From contig OZ076409.1 in assembly GCA_964187785.1 (NCBI GenBank), forward strand, positions 70,868,001-70,932,000: DNA of 64,000 bases, written 5' to 3'. This document shows positions 25,439 through 37,100 of this stretch, piece by piece. The notes below the pieces were generated by a model, which worked only from the letters and a program-made list of their open reading frames with translations, did not search any database and was not told the DNA's origin. How positions within the stretch are numbered: the stretch's first letter is position 1; each line of letters begins with the position of its first letter. The translations under genes were made by a program, and so were the position numbers. Source of the DNA: Amphiscolops sp. MND2022. Lineage: Eukaryota.

Positions 25439-26827
25439 GTGGTTGGGGCGGTCCCCAGAACGCACAAGGAGGCGCGGGGAGGGTCCTGCGCCGACGTAGA
25501 ATAATTTCATATAATACTAGTATCCTACATGGGTGTTTTAGAAGCGATTTTGGAATCTAACCGTAGGATTTGGATAATTTTTTGCATGCGGCCATAACTC
25601 GAAATTCTAAGAACTTTTTCCTACTGTCATTTTCCCCGCAAATTGTTTTTTGTTGACTTATGGCCGAAAAACCGGAAATAACGTCCTTTTTAGACGTTAT
25701 ATCCGAAGTGTCGTCATAACTTTTTTCCAGGGCATGCTAGCGTTCTCGTTCACTCTTACACTTAGTTGCAGCATCTCAAAATACAACTGGTGGAAAATTT
25801 TGGTTGCATTCGGATCACCCCCCACCGAGATAGAAGGGTTCCCCCCTCCAGTTTTACCCCCCAAAGTTGCGAAAAAGCCAATTTTGAGCATGAAGCCGAG
25901 GATTTAGCGTAGCCGCACCCTTCTGATGTTTTGTTGTACGTATTGGGGTCAATCGGACGACATGTGTGGTTTTCACCCCCAACCCCCCCTGGGACCGGAA
26001 ATGACATTTTTTTGTGTTTTTTTGGCAGAAATTAGCCTTTTTCATTATTTGGCAGTCGTTTTAGGGACTCCTAGCAGGATATCGAAATTGAAATACAACC
26101 TGATCACAACCCAGTGACAACATGTTGGCCATTTGGAGGTACCATCATGACCGGAAGTGGGGTCAACCCCCCTTTTTGTGACCGCTTTTTGACCTTGTGA
26201 ACCAAAATGCCAACAACTTGAGGTTTAATGACGCATTCAAATCTGTACAAAGATAGAATGTTAGACAACCAAAGTCCCGGAAGATCTTTAGCATATACCG
26301 GAAGTTACCCCCCATGACCGGAAGTTACCCAATGTGACCGGAAATGGTCCAAAAAGTAATGTAAAGTTGAATTTTTCACTTTTTAAAGACCACTTCATTG
26401 AACATTTTCATTCCCAAAACTAGCGTACTGGCTTGTTTTGCTGAATTTATGCAAATTGATGAACTTCATCACCCCCGATAGCCTTCGAAGTTGACCTTGC
26501 GTCAACTTTGGAGGCTATCGATTCTGAAAATGAACAATAAAGTACATTGTTGCTCTCGCATTTTTCCGTTGTTTTTCCTCAAACACTCTTGAGACATATA
26601 CATGGCTGTTAGTTGAAATCAATATTTTAGCCCATGTTATAGCGGGAGTAGCTACGCCTTACACCGGCTAGTGTGGTTTTGAAATTACATTATTTAAATT
26701 AACTACTGACCGTCTTAGTCAAATCCACACATTCATGCCAACACCCACCGTCTGTGGGCATGCCGAGGCATGCCCTTCGACGACGTATGACGAATCCACT
26801 CCAACGACACCCGCAGTCCTCAGCTAG
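25439..26827 (+). mobile_element. Singleton unit E (1389 bp)
   Basis: Body unlike its neighbours but with the same layout: head hairpin GGCGCGGG-AGGGT-CCTGCGCC, GATAGCC-type hairpin at 26476-26520, core palindrome at 26756-26775, CTAG at 26824-26827. Confidence 0.65.
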
Positions 26828-28100
26828 GTGGCCGGAAATTTTTTTTTCATCAAAATCTTTGCCATTGGGGGAGGGGCCCCGGATGGCCAGTAGTACGGCA
26901 TAGCTCCCTACAGAATCCAGGCGGAAAAAACGTGATTTTGGAAACTAGCCGTCAGAATTTGCTCAAAATTTGCATACGGCTTCCTATGACAATCCTAAGA
27001 ACTAATCCCTACTGGCATTTTGCCCAAAAAACGCAAAACGTTGGTCAAAATCTTAGTTTTTTGGTCAAAAAATGGCGTTTTTTCGAAAAAAATTTTTTTC
27101 AGAGACAATTACTCGTAACTGGTTCACCCAGCGCAATAACGCCTAGCTGATTTATTGTTGGGCACTTCATGAGGAGTGCGTATACAAATTTTCGTCCAAA
27201 TCGGATAAAAGTTGATTGAGAAATAACTGAAAATTTGAGGCATTTTTTTGGAAATTTTTGAAATCCCAGTCTATCTCTGCCGTTTTTTGCCCAGATTTTT
27301 TTCCAGACACTCTCCTAAAGACCTCCCCTGGCCAGTTTACCTCCCAGCAAAACCATTTGGCCCTAAATACGGAGTTTCAGCATTCCAGCAAACCCCGGGT
27401 AAAAGATAAATGACTTAGAATTTTTTCGAAAAATTTTCAAAAAAAAATTTTTTTTCAAATTCAGGCCTCCTAAAGTAAAGAAACTTCCACACAACTAGTA
27501 TTGCAAGTGGATGCATGTGGAAAGTGCTTGAATAGACGAGAAAAATGAGCTAATATACGACTCTGTAGCTTAACTTGACGTTGACTTATGATAATTTTAG
27601 TGTGAGCTTCGTATGTGCTGAAAAAATCAAAGAAACCTAAAAGTCTTTTAAAAGTAATCAGAATACGTCCAATCAACCCCAGAGCTGTTAAATTGCCGTT
27701 GTGCAGTGGAGCAACACCATTTAGAGTATTTTGACCCATTTTGATAAGTTTTGATACCGTCTTGTTCATCTGATAGCACAAAACAGTTGAGTACATTCCA
27801 TCTCCCCCTTGTGGAGGAGATGAGAATGTACTCGCTAAAAGTCAGGTACTATAGCACCCATTTTGTTTTTTTCGACGCTAGTGATGCTATTGCACACGAA
27901 TACAATAGTTTTGTCAAATCATGTTTAACATGATGAATCTTACTATACCTTTAGTGTACGTTAACCTACTACTACAACATCGCATCCGTAACGTCAACGC
28001 CACATACTCGCATCAACGCCCACCGTCCGTGGGCATGCCGAGGCATGCCCTTCGACGACGTATGCCAAATAGCGCCACAGGGCGCAAACTTGTCCGCTAG
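26828..28100 (+). mobile_element. Singleton unit F (1273 bp), related to A and B
   Basis: Contains the B-like block CCATTTGGCCCTAAATACGGAG, the A-like block CCACACAACTAGTATTGCAAGTGGATGCATG, a GAGTAC-type hairpin (~27790-27833) and the core palindrome at 28031-28050. Confidence 0.65.
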
Positions 28101-30075
28101 GTGCGGGGGGGTAACCCCAACAAAGATATTGGAGGATTCGGGTAGGGTCCTGAATCCGATCTTAGTACCGTCAGCTATCAGTAGAAAATTTCCCTCAAAA
28201 ACCGGGATCTCGGGAACTAACCGTAGGATTTGAAAGTTGGAGCGGCCCCCACCAGATTTTCCCAAATAGATCGCCCCCCACCGGGCTCCATACCCCGGAA
28301 AATTTTTTTTTGGCCACACGGGCGACTGTTAGGGGGTCATTTTAGGGGTAAAATTCATATTGGTCCATATAACTTTTTTTCTGTTGGTTTAAAAGTTTGG
28401 GAACCCTACTAAAGGTTTTTCGACCATGTTGCAAGGGCTCCGGAGGTGCAAACCAAATTTTTCTATCTTGAAGCTATCTCCAAGTACCCCCCCGCTCAAA
28501 CCGTTATTTTTCCGGAAACGCAGGTTTTTGACCCGGAAGGAGTCGTCTGAGCGCGGGGTCGTTAGGTGATGTTTTGGGGACGGCCTTGAGACGAAGTGGG
28601 GGACATGTAGTTTGCCAACCTCAGTTTACCCCCCGGACGGGAAATGACCGTTATATGAGCGGGAAAAATGCCCCCCTCCACGTTTTACCGCTATTTCCGG
28701 TGTGAAGGAGTGGGAGTAGCTCGTCGGGTGCCATATATCAAAAGTAGGTTCAGACAAGGACCTATCGGAAACAAGTAGTTTGGGACCCCCTGACCCAACC
28801 CATTAGCGGGAAATGGGGCTTCCGCCTCCTTTTTTTGTGGTTAAAAACGGAAAATGGGCATTGAGGGATAAATATCTCGTGAACGCGTGGAGCTACGGTG
28901 TCCTTCACTACTACAAGGTTTCATACCCATGATATGGTGCCTTCAGGGGGGCAAACAGATTTCCGCTATCTATCACCGTTACGGACTTGGCCCCCCAGCC
29001 TAACCGCTATGTGACCGGAAATGTCACTTTTTGAGCCCAAAGGGTCGGTCCCAGCCAGGGAACGTTAGATAACTTATTGTAGTACTCATTGAGACGAGTT
29101 GGGGGACATAGTTTCAGTCACCCCCGTTACCCCTTGGGACCGGAAATGACCGTTATGTGGGTAAAATTGGGATTTTTGTACTTTTTGAAGGGCAATTAGG
29201 TGCGGAAGGAGTGGTAATAGTTGCTTGGACACTATATGATGGAAGGGAGGACGTGAGGCGAACATTCGGACATAACCGTTATGTTGACCCTAAAGTCCCC
29301 CTGGTACCGTAAACGACCGGAAATGGTCAAATTTTGTGTCTATTGGGTACAAATGTTTGGTATTTTGTAAATAAAAGTATCTATTAGGTGTTTCGACGGT
29401 CTGCAGTAGTGAACATAGTCATGAAACCTTGTTGGGGGGTAACGGTATATAGCACCGGAAGTCCAAACCGTTAGAGACGGGATAGGTTTTTTCGTTTTAA
29501 AATGTCTTTCGGCGTACTTTTGTCAACTAATATGGAATATTTTTTAAAATTAAAGTTTTTCCATATAGTTTCAGAGACTCCCAAACCTCAAACAACATAA
29601 CCGTTACCTTATGATAGCCTTTCAAGTTGGCCTGGTGTCAACTTGGAAGGGCTATCCTTCAAAAATCGTTGATCAAGTGTGTTTTTGGGTATGTTTGAAT
29701 CATTTTAGAATCAATTAGAGCTTCAAGAAAAATTTGCCAACGACAAAAACTATGTCGTGATGATTCCGTTATTAGAGTAATAGTTAACAAAATGTTGATA
29801 AAGTTGATTTTGTACATTTCAAATGTGTCCTTTATGCCAGAAAACCTTTTTACCAAACTAATGATTTTGATTGAATTGTATATAACAGGTAATAAAAGTT
29901 CAAATTGAATGTTACGTTTCATTTTGTAAGCTGAAACGTGATATTATAGTTTAATTAACGTCAACGCCACATACTTTACATCAACGCCCACCGTCTGTGG
30001 GCATGCCGAGGCATGCCCTTCGACGACGTATACCAAACACCCTCCATATCTACACCCACCCGCGGTAGCAGCTAG
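28101..30075 (+). mobile_element. Family C unit (1975 bp)
   Basis: Near-identical by eye to the unit at 42093-44066; bounded by CTAG|GTG. Confidence 0.7.
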
Positions 30076-32154
30076 GTGGTCGGTAGCTTTACCTAACTCT
30101 TTAGCGTAGTCGTGGCATCCCTTAGGGCAGGGTAGGGCCCCTGACCGTCACCAAGTATACCCTGGGGCCCCATTGGACAAAAATCCGAGTATGAGAAATC
30201 TACCCGTCAGAATTGGCTGAAATTTGGCATGTGGCCGCCTTATGGGAGAATATTACGATGTTCCTGCTGACATTTTGCCGAGAAAAGATTTTTTGTTGAC
30301 CAAAAATAACGTTTTTGACCCCAAAGAGACCGTTTTTTCACTTTTTTCAACTTTGAGAGCCCATATCTCGTCTCCAGTTGCCCGGAGCGGTTCGCACGTG
30401 GACAGCAATATTGATCAGCGGTGTTAAAGGAGTGTGTAGACAAATTTTGATCAAAATCGGACTGAAACTCAGCGAGTTATCATGCACCGTTACGGATTTT
30501 CCCCCCTGCCCCGGTCGTTATTTTACCAAAAATTGCACATTTTGACCAGGAAAGAGTCGACACAGCGCAAAGTTGTTGGGTAATGTTTTGTAGCGCATCT
30601 AGAAAAGTGTTGGGGGACATGTAGTTTGCCGACCCTGGTTACCCCCTCTGATAGGAAATGACCGTTATGTGAGTTTTAGAACTGCCCCCTCCAACTTTAA
30701 CCGTTATTTCCGGTGTGAAGGAGTGGGAGTAGCGTGTCGGGTGCTATACATCAAAAGTAGGTTTAGACAAGGAGCTATCGGAAACATGTAGTTTGGGACC
30801 CCCTGACCCAACCCGTTAACCGCTAATGGGGCTACAGACTCCATTTTTACTGTTAACACTGGAAAACGGGTCTCAAAAGGAAAATATCTCGTGAACGCGT
30901 GGAGCTACGGTGTCCATCACTTCTACAAGGTTTCATACCCATGATATGGTGCCTTCAGGGGGGCAAACAGATTACCGCTATCTATCACCGTTACCGACTT
31001 GGCCCCCCAGCCTAACCGCTATGTGACCGGAAATTGCACCTTTTGAGCCCAAAGGGTTGGTCCTAGCCGGGCAACGTTAGCTAACTTATTGTAGTACTCA
31101 TTGAGACGAGTTTGGGTTCATAGTTTCAGTCACCCCCCGTTACCCCTTAGAACCGGAAATGACCGTTATGTGGGTAAAATTGCACTTTTTATACATTTTG
31201 AAGGGCGTTTAGGTGCGGAAGGAGTGGCAATAGGTGCTTGGACACTATATGAAATAAGGAAGGACGTGAGGCGAGCATTCGGAAATAACCGTTATATTGA
31301 CCAAGAAGTCCCCTTGGTACCGGATATGACCGGAAATGGTCAAATTTCGAGTTTAAAAAGTACAATTGTTTGGTATTTCATGGATAAAAAAATCTGTTAG
31401 GTGTTAACTGCCTCCAGAAGTGATCACAATCATGAACAACCTTGTCGGATGTAACTGTAAATTGCACCGGAAGTCCAAACCGTTAGCGGCTGGATATTCG
31501 ACTTTTTTTACTTTCAAAACGACTTTAGGCGCTGCTTTTTTGTGTTGAATTGTACTAAATTTGACTATTATGGACCATTCTTAACAAATTGAAATTGTTT
31601 CACATAGTTTTAGGGACTCCAATACTTTTATCAACAATACCGTTACATGGTGTTGATAGCAAATAGGTGATAATTGAATTTTTTGATAGCCTTCTCAGTT
31701 GACCTAGTGTGTCAACTTGGGAAGGCTATTACTACAAGAACATGAAATCTTGTTAAATTGAGCAACTATCTTGTTCTCATCGTTTTTTTCGTATGGTTCA
31801 TTCTTACAGTTAGTTGATAGAACCAGTTCAATAATTTTTTCACAGTTTTTGACTACCTTGAACTCGACACACTTGAGTACAAAATGAGTCGTTTTGTTTT
31901 TGATAAACTATACGAATTAAAGCAGCTACATTGAACTTCAAACAAGTGATACAAGTGTTTGATTCATTGCATTAGATGGACCTCAGTTTTTGCAGTTATT
32001 CGGCGCTACAATCCTTCCTACATACAGACTCTTGTCACTACAACGCCACATACAAAATCAACGCCCACAGTCCGTAGGCATGCCGTGGCATGCCTTTCGA
32101 CGACGCGCGCCTAACCCGAGCGCGCCCGCCATCAATTTAGGCGGTAGCAGCTAG
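30076..32154 (+). mobile_element. Singleton unit G (2079 bp): D-like first ~400 bp, C-like middle, unique 3' part
   Basis: CTGAAATTTGGCATGTGGCC and CGCACGTGGACAGCAATATTG resemble family D; the middle aligns with family C. GATAGCC-type hairpin at ~31685-31730; variant core AGGCATGCCGTGGCATGCCT at 32076-32095. Confidence 0.6.
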
Positions 32155-34177
32155 GTGGTCGGGGTTTTCTCCCCACCTTTATTTGCGAGCGCGGGAGACG
32201 GGTCCTGTCGCGAGCCTTAGATACCAAAAATAGCCTATCCGCGACCGGGTCAAAAAAATGCGATCTCGAAAACTAGCCGTACGATTCGGCTGAAATTTGG
32301 CACACGGCTTCCTATAACAGTTCTAAGAAACATTTACTACTGACGTTTTGCTGGCAAAAATCGAAAAGTGGGTCAAAATAACGGTTTTTGGGGTAAAAAG
32401 TAGCGTTTTTTTGAAAATTTTGCATTTCACAGCCAATTACTCGGAAATGGTCGATCCAGCGCAGTAACGCCTTGCTGATTTATTGTTGGGCACGTCAAGA
32501 AGCGTACGTACACAAATTTTGGTCCATATCGGACTGAAACTTGGGGAGATATTAACGGTAGTTTGGGGGTTTCAAACCGCTATTTTACCGGAAATTGCAC
32601 TTTTTGACCGGGAAGGAGTTGTCTGAGTGCGGGGTCGTCTGGTAATGTTTTGTAGAGCATCTGGGGACGTAGTGGGGGACATGTAATTTAATGACCCCGG
32701 TTAACCCCTCGGACGGGAAATGACCGTTATGTGGGTTTTAAATGTGGCCCCCGCCAATTTTCCCCGTTATTTCCGGTGTGAAGGAGTGGTAGTAGCGCGT
32801 CGGGTGCCTTATATCAAAAGTACGTTTAGACAAGGACCTATTGGAAACATGTGGTTTGGGACCCTTTGAACGGACCCGTTAGCCGCTAATGGGGTGACTG
32901 CCTCCTTTTTTTGGGGGTAAAACCGTAAAAAGGGCATTGAAGTGAAATTAACTCGTGAACGCGTGGAGCTATCGTGTCCTTCACTACTACAAGGTTTCAT
33001 ACCCATGATATGGTGCCTTCAGGGGGGCGAACAGATTTCCGCTATCTATCACCGTTACGGACTTGGCCCCCCAGCCTAACCGCTATGTGACCGGAAATGT
33101 CACTTTTTGAGCCCAAATTGTCAGTCCCAGCGTGGCAACGTTAGGTAACATATTGTAGTACTCATTGAGACGAGTTGGGGGATTTAGTTTCAGTCACACC
33201 CTGTTGGCCCGTTAGGTCGGAAATGACCGTTATGTAGTGAAAAATGGGATTTTTATAGTTTTTGAAGGCCATTTCGGGCAGGAAGGAGGGGTAATATGAC
33301 TTTGGACACCATATGATGGAAGACGTGAAGTGTGACGAGCATTCCGGATTAACCGTTATGATGACCCGGAAGTCCCCCTGGCCCCGGAAATGACCAAAAA
33401 AATGTAACATTTTGTGTTTTTTGATTAAAAATGTTTGTTATTTAACCGAATAAAGTATATGTTAGGTGTTTCAATTTCTTCCAGAGGTGAATATAGTCCA
33501 ATTACATGGTGGGGGGTAACGGTATATTGCCCCGGAAGTCCAACCCGTTGGGTCTGAGTATGTTTTTCGGGTTTTAGAATGTGTCAAAACGTACTTTTGT
33601 GTAATAAATCTCTATTGTAGGCTAATAAGGACCATTTTTGAAGAGTTTAAATTTTTTCATAGTAGTTTGTGGAACACCAAAAACTTAAATAACATATAAC
33701 GTTATGATATATTATGATATCACACGTTATATTATGATAGCCTTTCAAGTTGGCCTTGTGTCAACTTGGAAAGGCTATCCTTCAAGACTTATACAACAAA
33801 GAAGTTTTTGGGTACATTTGTAATGCTTTAGTGTTGCAATTAGAGTATCAACAAGAGTATACCAAGCACTAAAACTATGTCTAGTTTCCTGAATATTTGT
33901 CGGAAATGCTTTTTTTAATCTCTTTTAATGTGGTCTAAATACTCTGAAAACACTTTATCGAACCAATTTTCTTGGATGAACCTTAGTAACAATACTAAAA
34001 ATCGTAGACAACCTTGCTTCGTTTAAATATATGAAGCTGAAACCGCACCTTACCGTTGCTCAAACTTCAACCCGACGCCCCATAGCATACATCAACGCCC
34101 ATCGTCTGTGGGCATGCCGAGGCATGCCCTTCGACGACGTATGCCAAATACCTTTAACCCGACGCCCGCAGTCCTGG
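32155..34177 (+). mobile_element. Singleton unit H (2023 bp): F-like first ~400 bp, C-like remainder; ends in CTGG
   Basis: GCTGATTTATTGTTGGGCAC and CGGCTTCCTAT are shared with unit F; C-like middle; GATAGCC hairpin at ~33736-33779; core at 34110-34129. Confidence 0.6.
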
Positions 34178-37100
34178 GTGCGGGGGGGTAACCCCAACAA
34201 AGATATTGGAGGATTCGGGTAGGGTCCTGAATCCGATCTTAGTACCGTCAGCTATCAGTAGAAAATTTCCCTCAAAAACCGGGATCTCGGGAACTAACCG
34301 TAGGATTTGAAAGTTGGAGCGGCCCCCACCAGATTTTCCCAAATAGATCGCCCCCCACCGGGCTCCATACCCCGGAAAATTTTTTTTTGGCCACACGGGC
34401 GACTGTTAGGGGGTCATTTTAGGGGTAAAATTCATATTGGTCCATATAACTTTTTTTCTGTTGGTTTAAAAGTTTGGGAACCCTACTAAAGGTTTTTCGA
34501 CCATGTTGCAAGGGCTCCGGAGGTGCAAACCAAATTTTTCTATCTTGAAGCTATCTCCAAGTACCCCCCCGCTCAAACCGTTATTTTTCCGGAAACGCAG
34601 GTTTTTGACCCGGAAGGAGTCGTCTGAGCGCGGGGTCGTTAGGTGATGTTTTGGGGACGGCCTTGAGACGAAGTGGGGGACATGTAGTTTGCCAACCTCA
34701 GTTTACCCCCCGGACGGGAAATGACCGTTATATCAGCGGGAAAAATGCCCCCCTCCACGTTTTACCGCTATTTCCGTTGTGAAGGAGTGGGAGTAGCTCG
34801 TCGGGTGCCATATATCAAAAGTAGGTTCAGACAAGGACCTATCGGAAACATGTGGTTTGGGACCCCCTGACCCAACCCGTTAGCGGGAAATGGGGCTTCC
34901 GCCTCCTTTTTTTACGGTTAAAAACGGAAAATGGGCATTGAGGGGTAAATATCTCGTGAACGCGTGGAGCTACGGTGTCCTTCACTACTACAAGGTTTCA
35001 TACCCATGATATGGTGCCTTCAGGGGGGCAAACAGATTTCCGCTATCTATCACCGTTACGGACTTGGCCCCCCAGCCTAACCGCTATGTGACCGGAAATG
35101 TCACTTTTTGAGCCCAAAGGGTCGGTCCCAGCCAGGGAACGTTAGATAACTTTTTGTAGTACTCATTGAGACGAGTTGGGGGACATAGTTTCAGTCACCC
35201 CCCGTTACCCCTTGTGACCGGAAATGACCGTTATGTGGGTAAAATTGGGATTTTTGTACTTTTTGAAGGGCAATTAGGTGCGGAAGGAGTGGTAATAGGT
35301 GCTTGGACACTATATGATGGAATGGAGGACGTGAGGCGAACATTCAGACATAACTGTTATGTTGACCCTAAAGTCCCCCTGGTACCGTAAACGACCGGAA
35401 ATGGTCAAATTTTGTGTCTATTGGGTACAAATGTTTGGTATTTTGTAAATAAAAGTATCTATTAGGTGTTTCGACGGTCTGCAGTAGTGAACATAGTCAT
35501 GAAACCTTGTGGGGGGCAACGGTATATAGCACCGGAAGTCCAAAACGTTAGAGACGGGATAGGTTTTTCCGTTTTAAAATGTCTTTCGGCGTACTTTTGT
35601 CAACTAATATGGAATATTTTTTAAAATTAAAGTTTTTCCATATAGTTTCAGAGACTCCCAAACCTCAAACAACATAACCGTTACCTTATGATAGCCTTTC
35701 AAGTTGGCCTGGTGTCAACTTGGAAGGGCTATCCTTCAAAAATTGTTGATCAAGTGTGTTTTTGGGTATGTTTGAATCATTTTAGAATCAATTAGAGCTT
35801 CAAGAAATGTTTGCCAACGACAAAAACTATGTCGTGATGATTCCGTTATTAGAGTAATAGTTAACAAAATATTGATTAAGTTGATTTTTTACATTTCAAA
35901 AGTGTCCTAAAAGCCAGAAAACCTCTTTACCAAACAAATGGTATTGATTGGATTGTATATAACAGGTAATAAAAGTTCAAATTGATTATTACGTTTTATT
36001 ATGTAAGCTGAAACGTCATATTATAGTTTAATTAACGTCAACGCCACATACTTTACATCAACGCCCACCGTCTGTGGGCATGCCGAGGCATGCCCTTCGA
36101 CGACGTATAACAAACACCTTTAATATCTACACCCACCCGCGGTAGCAGCTAGGTGCGGGGGGGAAACCCCATCCCTTATCTTGGAGGATTCGGGTAGGGT
36201 CCTGAATCCGAGTTCAGTGCCGCCAGCTCTCAGTAGAAATCTGGGAAATTTTTTGCGATCTCGTGATCTAACCATAGGATTTTAAAGTTGGAGCGGCCCC
36301 CACCAGATTTTCCAAAGTTATTCGCCCCCCACCGGGTTCCAGCGTGATTGAAATATTTTGTTGGGGTACACGGGCGACCGTTAGGGGTCATTTTAGGGGT
36401 AAAATTTATATCCGGTCGCATAACTTTTTTCCTGTTGGTTTAAAACTTTGGGACCCTGCTAAAAGTTTCTTGACCGAGTTGCGGTGGCTCCGGAGGTCCA
36501 AACCAAATTTTTCTATCTTGAAGCTATCTCCAAGTACCCCCCCGCCCAAACCGTTATTTTTCCGGAAACGCCGGTTTTTGACCCGGAAGGAGTCGTCTGA
36601 GCGCGGGGTCGTTAGGTGTTGTTTTGGGGACGGCCTCGAGACGAAGCGGGGGATATATAGTTTGCCGACCCCAGTTTACCCCCCGCACGGGAAATGACCG
36701 TTATATGAGCGGGAAAAATGCCCCCCTCCACGTTTTACCGCTATTTCCGGTGTGAAGGAGTGGGAGTAGCGCGTCGGGTGTTATATAACAAAAGTAGGTT
36801 TAGACAAGGACCTATCGGAAACATGTAGTTTGGGACCCCCTGGACCAACCCGTTAGCGGGAAATGGGGCTTCCGCCTCCTTTTTTTACTGCTAAAACCGT
36901 AAAATGGGCATTGAGGGGTAAATATCTCGTGAACGCGTGGAGCAATCGTGTCCATCACTACTACAAGGTTTCATACCCATGATATGGTGCCTTCAGGGGG
37001 GCAAACAGATTTCCGCTATCTATCACCGTTACCGACTTGGCCCCCCAGCCTAACCGCTATGTGACCGGAATTGTCACTTTTTGAGCCCAAAGGGTCGGTC

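Noticed and set aside
29961..29990. Kinetoplast minicircle-like concatemer (minus-strand GGGCGTT resembles CSB-1)
   Set aside because: No CSB-3 (GGGGTTGGTGTA) was seen and the match is only about 7 bp.
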